A DNA stretch of 24,000 nt from Alphaproteobacteria bacterium (GTDB lineage: Bacteria; Pseudomonadota; Alphaproteobacteria; GCA-2731375): assembly GCA_047518225.1 (NCBI GenBank), contig JAKZRK010000280.1, positions 1-24,000 of the forward strand, in the 5' to 3' direction. Below, in pieces: positions 15,705 to 23,749 of the stretch. Each line of letters starts with the position of its first letter. The first letter of the stretch is position 1. The translations under genes were made by a program, and so were the position numbers. The notes below the pieces were generated by a model that did not search any database, had not been told where the DNA came from, and saw only the letters and a list, made by a program, of their open reading frames with translations.

Positions 15705-17792
15705 ATGAGCCGTTACGCCCTGGGCATCGATATCGGCGGCACCTTCACCGATGTGGTCTTGTATGACCGCGAGGGGGGCCGGCGCCTGAGCCGCAAGATA
15801 TTGACCACGCCCGGTGATCCGGCGGCGGCCGTGCTGGATGCGGTGGACCGGGTGCTACACGATGAAGCCATTGCCCCCGGCGACATTGAACGGGTGGTGC
15901 ATGCCACGACCCTGTTCACCAACGCCCTTATAGAACGCAAAGGCGCCAAAACCGCGCTTTTGACCACGGAGGGTTTCCGCGACAGTTTGGAGATCGGGCG
16001 GGAGCGGAAGTACGACCTGTATGATCTGGCGGCGAAAAAGCCCCGCCCCCTGGTCCCCCGGGAACTGCGTTTCGAGGTTGGCGAGCGCATTCTGGCGGAC
16101 GGCAGTGTCTATCGGGCCTTGGAGACCGACGCCCTGACGGAAATCGCCGAGGCGCTAACATTGGCCAAGGTTACCTCGCTCGCCATCGTCTTCCTGCATG
16201 CCTACCGCAATGATGATCACGAACAGGCCGCCGGTGCGCGCATGGCTGAACTGCTGCCCGATCTGGCGATCAGCCTGTCCAGCGATGTGGCCCCGGAAAT
16301 CCGGGAGTTCGAGCGGGCCTCGACCACCGCCGCCAATGCCTATGTGAAACCCCTGGCGCGGGATTATCTGGGTGCCTTGAGCAGCCAATTAAGGACCCGG
16401 AATATCGCCGCCCCATTGTTGTTGATGCTGTCCAGCGGCGGTTTGACCCATGTGGGCGAGGTGCGCCGCTCGCCGGTGCAAATGCTGGAATCCGGTCCCG
16501 CCGCCGGCGCCCTGGCCGCCGCCGATATTGGCCGGGCCGAGGGGTTGGGCCATGTCCTGGCCTTCGACATGGGCGGCACGACCGCCAAGCTGTGCCTGAT
16601 TGATGGAGATGAGCCGGCCATCGCCTATCGCTTCGAGGCGGCGCGGGAACGCCGCTTTGCCGAGGGCAGCGGCCTGCCCATCCGCATCTCCACCGTGGAA
16701 TTGCTCGAGATTGGCGCCGGCGGCGGTTCCATCGCCCGCCTGGACAGCCTGGGCCTGTTAAAAGCCGGACCGGACAGCGCCGGCGCCGTGCCCGGACCCG
16801 TGGCCTATGGCCGGGGCGGCGCCGCGCCCACGGTAACCGATGCGGATTTCGCCCTCGGTTATCTGGCAGCGGAGGGTTTTGCCGGCGGCGCCATTGACGT
16901 AGACCTGCCCGCCTGTCACACGGCAATCGAGGCACTTGCGGATCGGGCCGGCCTGTCATGGGAAAAACTGGCCTGGGGCATTCATGATCTGGTGAACGAG
17001 AACATGGCCTCGGCCGCCCGCGTGCATATCGCCGAAAAGGGCCGCGACCCGCGCAACTACACCCTGGTCGCCACGGGGGGTGCGGGGCCCGTGCATGCCT
17101 ATTATCTGGCCGGCAAGTTGGGCATCAAACGCATCGTCTGTCCCCGCAATGCAGGTGTTGCCTCGGCCTTTGGTTTGCTGCTGGCGCCGGCGCGCGTCGA
17201 CCGCACCGCCGCCTTTGCCGCCCCCCTGGACAGCTTGGATTGGCCGGCCCTGGAAACCGCCTATGGGGAATTGGAAGCCGCCGCCCGCCAGGTCATCGCC
17301 GACACCGGGGCGGATGCAGGCGGCGCCCAGGTACGGCGGCTGGCCGATATGCGCAATATTGGCCAGGGCTTTGAGCTGGTGGTGACGCTGCCCCCCGGTC
17401 CTTACACCCCCGCCAGCCACGATGGCTTGTTGGCGGCCTATGCCCAGGCTTATCAGGTTCAATTCACCCGGCCGCCGCCGAATGTTCCCGTCGCCGTCGC
17501 CGCTATCCGGGTACGCCTGACGGCCAAGGGAGACGCGGCCGTCGATGATCTGGCCCAGGGCCCGGACCGCCCCCCGGCGGAGAAGCGCCGGCGCCAGGTC
17601 TATTTCCCCGAAACCGACGGCGCCGTGGCGACCGCGATCCATGACCGTGCCGCCATGAGGGCCGGGGAAACATTCACCGGCCCCGCCGTGGTCGAGGAGC
17701 CTGAATCCACCATGGTCATCGGACCCGGTGGCCGCTTTCACCTTTCCGCCGGCGGCAACCTGATCATCGACCTGCCCGAGGATACGCCATGA
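15705..17792 (+). CDS. hyuA: Hydantoinase/oxoprolinase family protein, A subunit (ATP-dependent cyclic-amide hydrolase/carboxylase family)
   Basis: The 695-aa protein has the N-terminal ALGIDIGGTFTDVVLYD and a second actin-like ATPase motif, AFDMGGTTAKL. Confidence 0.9.
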   Translation: MSRYALGIDIGGTFTDVVLYDREGGRRLSRKILTTPGDPAAAVLDAVDRVLHDEAIAPGDIERVVHATTLFTNALIERKGAKTALLTTEGFRDSLEIGRERKYDLYDLAAKKPRPLVPRELRFEVGERILADGSVYRALETDALTEIAEALTLAKVTSLAIVFLHAYRNDDHEQAAGARMAELLPDLAISLSSDVAPEIREFERASTTAANAYVKPLARDYLGALSSQLRTRNIAAPLLLMLSSGGLTHVGEVRRSPVQMLESGPAAGALAAADIGRAEGLGHVLAFDMGGTTAKLCLIDGDEPAIAYRFEAARERRFAEGSGLPIRISTVELLEIGAGGGSIARLDSLGLLKAGPDSAGAVPGPVAYGRGGAAPTVTDADFALGYLAAEGFAGGAIDVDLPACHTAIEALADRAGLSWEKLAWGIHDLVNENMASAARVHIAEKGRDPRNYTLVATGGAGPVHAYYLAGKLGIKRIVCPRNAGVASAFGLLLAPARVDRTAAFAAPLDSLDWPALETAYGELEAAARQVIADTGADAGGAQVRRLADMRNIGQGFELVVTLPPGPYTPASHDGLLAAYAQAYQVQFTRPPPNVPVAVAAIRVRLTAKGDAAVDDLAQGPDRPPAEKRRRQVYFPETDGAVATAIHDRAAMRAGETFTGPAVVEEPESTMVIGPGGRFHLSAGGNLIIDLPEDTP

Positions 17793-19405
17793 GTTCTTTC
17801 GATGCCGTGACCCTGGAAGTGATCTGGAACCGCATGATCGCCAGCGTGGACGAGGCGGCCAAGGCCATCGTCCGCACCTCGTTTTCCACCCTGTCCAACG
17901 AGGCCAATGATTTCGCCTGCGTTCTGACCGATGGGTCCGGCCAGTTGCTGGCCCAGAACAGCGGCTCCATCCCCTCCTTCATCGGCACCCTGCCCGCCAC
18001 CGTGCGCCACACCCTGGAGCGTTTCGGGCACGATGGTTTGCACCCCGGCGATGTCATCTGCACCAACGATCCCTGGCTGGGCACCGGGCATCTGAACGAT
18101 TGCAGCATCGTGCGCCCCATTTTCCGCCAGGGGCGCCTGATCGCCTTTGCCGCCACCGCATCGCATATGCCCGATATCGGCGGCCGCATCCGATCCGTCA
18201 AGGCGCGGGAAATCTTCGAGGAAGGCTTTCATATTCCCCTGTTGAAGATCTTACGCGCCGGGGAGCCGGACCAGACATTCTTTGAATTATTGCGTACCCA
18301 GGTCCGCACTCCGGACCAGACCGAAGGCGATATCCACGCCCAGATCACCGCCAACTACCTGATCGAAGACCGGGTGCTGGCCATTCTGGGGGAATATGGT
18401 CTGGACGATCTGGTTGAACTATCGCGGGAATTGAACGGCCGCACGGAAGCCGCCATGCGCGCGGCCCTGGCGGAGGTCCCCGACGGCATCTATCCCTACC
18501 AAATGCTGACCGACGGGCTGCGCGCCGATGCGCCCTTTACCTTTGCCCTGAGCCTGACCATCAAGGGCGATACGGCGCATTTCGATTTCGCCGGCACCTC
18601 GCCCGTGCAGCCCAGGGCGATCAACTGCCCCTTCTGCTACACCTACGCCATGTCCGCCTATGCCATTAAATGCGCCCTGTTGCCCGATGTGCCCAACAAT
18701 TCCGGCATGTTGCGGCCCATAGAGGTGACGGCGCCCGAGAACAGCCTGTTAAACCCCCTGCCCCCGGCGTCCGTGGGCGCGCGGGCCAGCACCGGCCATT
18801 ATGTTCCCATCTTGGCCTTCGGCGCCCTGGCCGGGGTATTGCCGGACCGGGTCATGGCGGCGGCCGGCTCGCCCCTGTGGAATTGCACCCAGTCAGGGGT
18901 GCGGCCCGATGGCCAGCCCTATGCCACAAATCTGTTTTTCAACGGCGGCATGGGCGCGACCGCCGCTTCGGATGGGGAGCATGCCATCTCGTGGCCGTCC
19001 AATCTGTCGTCCACGCCGGTTGAGGTCGCGGAACAATCGGCTCCCCTGTTGTTTCATTACAAGCGCCTGCGCCCCAATTCGGGCGGTGCGGGGCAATATC
19101 GCGGCGGCCTGGGCCAGGATATGTTGATCGAAAGCCTGTCCGAGAGCCCCATCGCCGTGACCTTCATGGCGGAACGCACCCGATACGGCGCGCCGGGTTT
19201 GGCGGGCGGCGGGATGGGCGAAGTCGGCGCCGTGCAGATCAACGGTTCGGAGGCGGATAACCGGGCCCAGCATCATTTGCAAACGGGCGACCGCATATTG
19301 ATCGCCACGCCGGGCGGGGGCGGCTATGGTTCCCCAAAGGCCCGCGGCGTGGAGGACGCCGCCAGGGACCGCCGGCAAGGCTATGTGAGGGAGGATGTCG
19401 AATGA
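17789..19405 (+). CDS. hyuB: Hydantoinase B/oxoprolinase family protein, B subunit
   Basis: The 538-aa protein has DAVTLEVIWNRMIASVDEAAKAIVRTSFS, NDFACVLTD and the C-terminal PGGGGYGSP, all typical of HyuB. It shares an ATGA overlap with hyuA (17789-17792). Confidence 0.9.
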   Translation: MSSFDAVTLEVIWNRMIASVDEAAKAIVRTSFSTLSNEANDFACVLTDGSGQLLAQNSGSIPSFIGTLPATVRHTLERFGHDGLHPGDVICTNDPWLGTGHLNDCSIVRPIFRQGRLIAFAATASHMPDIGGRIRSVKAREIFEEGFHIPLLKILRAGEPDQTFFELLRTQVRTPDQTEGDIHAQITANYLIEDRVLAILGEYGLDDLVELSRELNGRTEAAMRAALAEVPDGIYPYQMLTDGLRADAPFTFALSLTIKGDTAHFDFAGTSPVQPRAINCPFCYTYAMSAYAIKCALLPDVPNNSGMLRPIEVTAPENSLLNPLPPASVGARASTGHYVPILAFGALAGVLPDRVMAAAGSPLWNCTQSGVRPDGQPYATNLFFNGGMGATAASDGEHAISWPSNLSSTPVEVAEQSAPLLFHYKRLRPNSGGAGQYRGGLGQDMLIESLSESPIAVTFMAERTRYGAPGLAGGGMGEVGAVQINGSEADNRAQHHLQTGDRILIATPGGGGYGSPKARGVEDAARDRRQGYVREDVE

Positions 19406-19599
19406 GCAGCAATAACGTGGACGAGGCGGCCCTGGCACAACTGGCCCGGCATTTGGGATTAGAGAAGCTGTATGAGGCGCAGCCGGAGTTGGTGCGCCAA
19501 GCCTACGACGGCGGCCGCGCCATGGCCCGGCGCCTGCAACGGCCCGACGATATCGCCGACGAACCGGCCCATGTTTTCCGGGCCGACAACAATGTCTGA
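19402..19599 (+). CDS. Small 65-aa protein, AtzG-like/GatC-like candidate partner of the downstream amidase
   Basis: A strong SD, GGAGG (19390-19394), lies 7 nt before ATG 19402. The ATG overlaps the hyuB stop (ATGA), and the ORF's 3' end overlaps the amidase ATG by 8 nt. The protein is acidic and helical, and its C-terminal DEPAHVFRA resembles my recollection of the DUF4089/AtzG-like small proteins found next to AtzE-type amidases. Confidence 0.6.
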   Translation: MSSNNVDEAALAQLARHLGLEKLYEAQPELVRQAYDGGRAMARRLQRPDDIADEPAHVFRADNNV

Positions 19600-20998
19600 A
19601 AAGATTAAGGACCTGGCGTTTTTGAGCCTGACGGAGGCCGCGGCGCGGATCCGCACCGGCGAGCTATCGCCCGTCACCTACGCGCAATGCCTGCTGGACC
19701 GTATCGGCGCCCATGACCACTCGTTCGACAGCTTCCTCCGCGTTCTGACCGAAAGCGTCCTGCAGGAGGCGGCGGCGGCGGAGCGCGCGGTAAAGGCCGG
19801 CGAGACTTTAGGGCCCTTGCATGGCGTGCCCTTTGGCCTGAAAGACATTATCGATGCCGCCGGTCTGCCGACCACGGCGCATTCACAAATCCTGGCTCAG
19901 CAGCCGCCCAAGACCGGTGATGCCGCCGTGACCAAACGCCTGCGCGCGGCAGGGGGGATATTGCTGGGCAAGTTGGCGACCCACGAATTCGCCCTGGGCG
20001 GGCCATCCTTCGATCTGCCCTGGCCGCCGGCCCGCAACCCGTGGAACCGGCAGCGTTTTCCGGGCGGCTCTTCGTCCGGCTCCGGCGTGGCGGTGGCGGC
20101 GGGGTTCCTGCCCATGGCGCTCGGCACGGACACCGGCGGCTCCGTCCGCAACCCGGCGACGGCCTGCGGCATCGTCGGCATGAAGGCGACCTATGGCCGG
20201 GTCAGCCGCCAGGGCGTGGTGCCCTTGTCCTATTCCCTGGATCACGTGGGACCCATGACCCGGACGGTAGGCGACAATGCCCTGATGTTGAACGCCCTGG
20301 CCGGCCACGATCCCGCCGATCCGGCCTCGGCCGATGTGCCGGTCCCTGACTACACGGCCCAGCTTGAGCAAGGCGTCAAGGGCCTGCGCATAGGCGTCAT
20401 CCGCCATTTCCATAATCGTGACACGATCGCCGACCCGGTGGTGGCGGACGCCATCGAAGACGCGTTGGGGGTCTTGCAGGAACTGGGCGCCGAGGTGGCC
20501 GAGATCGAGACCGAACCCCTGGTCACCTACGCCACCTGTAACCGGGTGATCCTGCTGTCGGAAGCCTATGCCATCCATCGCCATTGGCTCGCCGAACGGC
20601 CTGGTGAGTACAGCGCGTCGTTCCTGGAACGGATCCTGCCCGGCGCTTTTCTGACGGCGGATGACTATGTGGATGCCTTGCGCCTGCGCCGGCGATTGAC
20701 CGCTGGTTTCAACCAGACCATCCGGGACCTGGACGGGGTCATTGTTGCCTCCTCCATGGACCCACCGTTTGTCATTGACGACGCGGCGGAGATTGCCCTG
20801 AAATATACCCGTCAGGCCCGTGCGCCCTTCAACCTGACCGGCAACCCGGCCCTGTCCCTGCCCATCGGTTTCGATGGCGACGGCCTGCCCCTGGCCATGC
20901 AGATCGTGGCCGGGAATTTTCAAGAGGCCATGATCTATCGTATCGCCGCCGCCTACGAGGCCGCCACGACATGGCATGACCGCCGCCCTCCCCTATAA
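19592..20998 (+). CDS. Amidase-signature family amidase (GatA/AtzE-like)
   Basis: The ORF has GPLHGVPFGLKDIID and GGSSSGSGVAVAAGFLPMALGTDTGGSVRNPATACGIVGMKATYGRVSR, the full AS signature with the Ser-cisSer-Lys triad context. I preferred ATG 19592 (MSEKIKDL...). An in-frame ATG at 19571 is also possible. Confidence 0.9.
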   Translation: MSEKIKDLAFLSLTEAAARIRTGELSPVTYAQCLLDRIGAHDHSFDSFLRVLTESVLQEAAAAERAVKAGETLGPLHGVPFGLKDIIDAAGLPTTAHSQILAQQPPKTGDAAVTKRLRAAGGILLGKLATHEFALGGPSFDLPWPPARNPWNRQRFPGGSSSGSGVAVAAGFLPMALGTDTGGSVRNPATACGIVGMKATYGRVSRQGVVPLSYSLDHVGPMTRTVGDNALMLNALAGHDPADPASADVPVPDYTAQLEQGVKGLRIGVIRHFHNRDTIADPVVADAIEDALGVLQELGAEVAEIETEPLVTYATCNRVILLSEAYAIHRHWLAERPGEYSASFLERILPGAFLTADDYVDALRLRRRLTAGFNQTIRDLDGVIVASSMDPPFVIDDAAEIALKYTRQARAPFNLTGNPALSLPIGFDGDGLPLAMQIVAGNFQEAMIYRIAAAYEAATTWHDRRPPL

Positions 20999-21016
20999 AG
21001 AAACGAGGCACCTTAG

Positions 21017-21907
21017 ATGTTATCGACCCATGGACGTTACGAGTTTTCCCCGATCAGCCAACGGCCCGATTATTCCTGGCCCGAGGGCAAACGCCTGGCG
21101 GTCTACGTGGCCCTGAACGTGGAACAATTCGCCTGGGATGAAAGCATTGAATCCGCCATCGCCCCGTCCGGCATGCACAACAAGCAAAGCGTCTATGCCT
21201 GGCGGGACTATGGCAACCGGGTCGGTTTCTGGCGCCTGATGGAGCTGTTCGACGAACTGGACATTCCAATCCAGGGGCAATTGAACGCATCGATCTATGA
21301 CCATGCCCCGCAGATAGCCGAACGCCTGCGTCAGCGCGGCGACGAGTTCCTGGGCCACGGCATCACCAACTCGGAAGAGCAAGGTATCCTGGCTGAGGAC
21401 GCGGAACGCGCCTTGATCAAGACCACGACCGATGCCATCACCCGGAACGAGGGCAAGGCGCCCATGGGCTGGATGAGCCCCTGGCTGTCGCAAAGCGATC
21501 AAACCCTGGATCTATTGGCCGAGGCCGGCTACCGCTATCAGATGGACTGGTGCTGTGATGATCAGCCGATCTGGATGACAACAAGGGGCGAACCCATCCT
21601 TGCCATGCCCTATCCGGTGGAATTGAACGACAACCGGGCCATTGTCTTGCACAAGATGACGCCGGTGCAGTACGCCGACGCCCTGATCGATAATTTCGAT
21701 GAAATGCAGGAGCAATCGGTCCGCCAGCCCCTGGTCTTCCCGATCTCGTTGCATACATTCGTCGTTGGCCAGCCTTTTCGCCTGCGCCAGTTGCGCCGGG
21801 CCCTGAAGCATATCGCCGCCCACCGGGAACAAATCTGGCTCACCCGGCCCGGCGATATCTGCCGCCACATTGAAAGCCTGCCCGCCAGCGTCGTGCCAGG
21901 AAGCTGA
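21017..21907 (+). CDS. Polysaccharide deacetylase (CE4) family protein, PuuE-allantoinase-like
   Basis: The 296-aa protein has WPEGKRLAVYVALNVE, RDYGNRVGFWRLMELFDELDIP and GHGITNSE, resembling metal-independent PuuE-type cyclic-amide hydrolases. ACGAGG lies upstream of the ATG. Confidence 0.78.
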   Translation: MLSTHGRYEFSPISQRPDYSWPEGKRLAVYVALNVEQFAWDESIESAIAPSGMHNKQSVYAWRDYGNRVGFWRLMELFDELDIPIQGQLNASIYDHAPQIAERLRQRGDEFLGHGITNSEEQGILAEDAERALIKTTTDAITRNEGKAPMGWMSPWLSQSDQTLDLLAEAGYRYQMDWCCDDQPIWMTTRGEPILAMPYPVELNDNRAIVLHKMTPVQYADALIDNFDEMQEQSVRQPLVFPISLHTFVVGQPFRLRQLRRALKHIAAHREQIWLTRPGDICRHIESLPASVVPGS

Positions 21908-21936
21908 GAAGAAACTAAAAAGCGGATTAAATCCAT

Positions 21937-23118
21937 ATGAGCGATGTGAAGCGCGGCCGGGAATTCCTCAACACCCCAGGGCCGACGAATATTCCCGACC
22001 GTGTCCTGAACGCCATGCACCAGCCGGCCGTGGACTTCGCCGCGCCGCCGTTTTTCAGTATGGCGCGTGGTTGCTTCGAGGATTTGAAACCGATTTTCAA
22101 GACCGAGGGACCGGTGTTCATCTATGCCGCCTCGGGCCATGGGGCCTGGGAGGCGGCCCTGACCAATACCCTGTCCCCCGGCGATCATATTCTGGTGCCG
22201 GAAACCGGCAACTTCTCGCTAAAATGGGGCCTGATGGCGGAATCCCTGGGCCTGGTGATCGAGCATCTGCCCGGCGATTGGCGCCATGCCATTGATCCGG
22301 ACGCGGTGGAACAGCACCTGCGCGAGGACCGCGAGGGCCAGATCAGGGCGGTGCTGATGATCCACGTGGATACGGCCACCGGAATTATCTCGGACGTGGC
22401 CGCCGTGCGCCGGGCCATCGACAACGCCAATCATGGCACATTGTTCATGGTCGATACCATCGCCTCGCTGGCGACGGTGGATTTCCAAATGGATGCCTGG
22501 GGTGTCGATGTGGCCATAGCCGCGGCGCAAAAGGGATTGATGTGTCCGCCCGGGCTTGGCTTTACCGCCTGCAGCGAAAAGGCGCTGCGGGCCGGGCAAA
22601 ATGCGCGGTTGCCGCGCAATTATTGGGACTGGCGGGAACGCATGACGGAGGAGCAATACATCCGTTTCTGCGGTACCGCGCCGGAACATCTGTTGTTCGC
22701 CCTGCGCGAGGCCTTGAACATGCTGGCGGAAGAGGGCCTGCCGGCGATATTTGCCCGCCATAAACGCCTGGCCGGCGCGGTCCGCCACGCGGTTGCCGTC
22801 TGGGCCAGCGACGGCGGCATGGCATTCAACGCCATTGTGCCCGAACAGCGGGCCAATTCGGTGACCGCCATCCGCGTCCCAGCGGGCTTTGACGGCGAGG
22901 CGGTCCGCGTTGAGTCCCGGGAACGCTTTCAGGTCAGCCTGGGCGGCGGCCTGGACCGCCTCAAGGGCGATGTCTTCCGCATTGGCCATATGGGCGATTT
23001 GAACAGCCCCATGATCCTGGGCGCCCTGGCCGGCGTGGAGGCCACCTTGCAGGCCCTGGAAATACCCCACGGCCGTGGCGGCGTGACCGCCGCCATCGAT
23101 TACCTTGTGACCCATTAG
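21937..23118 (+). CDS. Class V PLP-dependent aminotransferase (alanine/serine-glyoxylate, PucG-like)
   Basis: The ORF has NTPGPTNIPDRVLNAM at the N-terminus, a PLP-lysine context of VDVAIAAAQKGLMCPPGLGF, and the C-terminal FRIGHMGD. Confidence 0.88.
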   Translation: MSDVKRGREFLNTPGPTNIPDRVLNAMHQPAVDFAAPPFFSMARGCFEDLKPIFKTEGPVFIYAASGHGAWEAALTNTLSPGDHILVPETGNFSLKWGLMAESLGLVIEHLPGDWRHAIDPDAVEQHLREDREGQIRAVLMIHVDTATGIISDVAAVRRAIDNANHGTLFMVDTIASLATVDFQMDAWGVDVAIAAAQKGLMCPPGLGFTACSEKALRAGQNARLPRNYWDWRERMTEEQYIRFCGTAPEHLLFALREALNMLAEEGLPAIFARHKRLAGAVRHAVAVWASDGGMAFNAIVPEQRANSVTAIRVPAGFDGEAVRVESRERFQVSLGGGLDRLKGDVFRIGHMGDLNSPMILGALAGVEATLQALEIPHGRGGVTAAIDYLVTH

Positions 23119-23122
23119 AGCC

Positions 23123-23749
23123 ATGATAAAACCGGACCGGGCGGAAGACTGGCGGGTTTATTATCAACGCACGGGCGGCCGCCCGCCACGCGAAACCCTG
23201 TTGCGCGCCCTGGCCCGGTTCGAGGCCGAAAACCCGGTGGGCTGGGTAGGCCGGGCCGTTGATCTGGGCTGTGGCGGCGGCCGCGATACCATCGAAATTC
23301 TGCGCCGGGGCTGGTCCGTGCTGGCGATCGATGCCCAGGCCTCGGCCATCGAGACCCTGATGGGGCGGCCGGAACTGGTGGAATTCGGCGTCGAGCCGGA
23401 CACCCAGGTGGCGCGAATGGAACAGGCCCTCTGGCCAGGGTCGGATCTGGTCAATTCCTCGTTCGCCCTGCCGCTTTGTCCCCAGGTGGATTTCCCTGGC
23501 CTGTGGCAGCGCATTCATGACGGCCTGACGCCGGGTGGTCGATTTAGTGGTCAATTGTATGGCGACCGCGACCAATGGGCCGGCGATCCCAGCAACAGCC
23601 ATTTCACGTTGAGCGAAGCGCGGGATTTATTGCGTGCCTATGATATCGAGCTGTTCCGGGAAGAGGAAACGGATTCCGTCACCCCGCGCCGCACCGCCAA
23701 ACACTGGCACATCTATCACATCGTCGCCCGGAAGCCGGCCCAAACCTAG
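23123..23749 (+). CDS. Class I SAM-dependent methyltransferase
   Basis: SAM-binding motif I is present (AVDLGCGGGRD), followed by acidic post-I residues (LAIDAQ) and LTPGGRF. It begins 4 nt after the upstream stop. Confidence 0.8.
   Translation: MIKPDRAEDWRVYYQRTGGRPPRETLLRALARFEAENPVGWVGRAVDLGCGGGRDTIEILRRGWSVLAIDAQASAIETLMGRPELVEFGVEPDTQVARMEQALWPGSDLVNSSFALPLCPQVDFPGLWQRIHDGLTPGGRFSGQLYGDRDQWAGDPSNSHFTLSEARDLLRAYDIELFREEETDSVTPRRTAKHWHIYHIVARKPAQT

Noticed and set aside
21924-21934. An 11-nt palindrome, GGATTAAATCC, 2 nt upstream of the class V aminotransferase start.
   Set aside because: It is too short and has too small a loop to fold. It occurs only once and could arise by chance, so there is no basis for calling it an operator.
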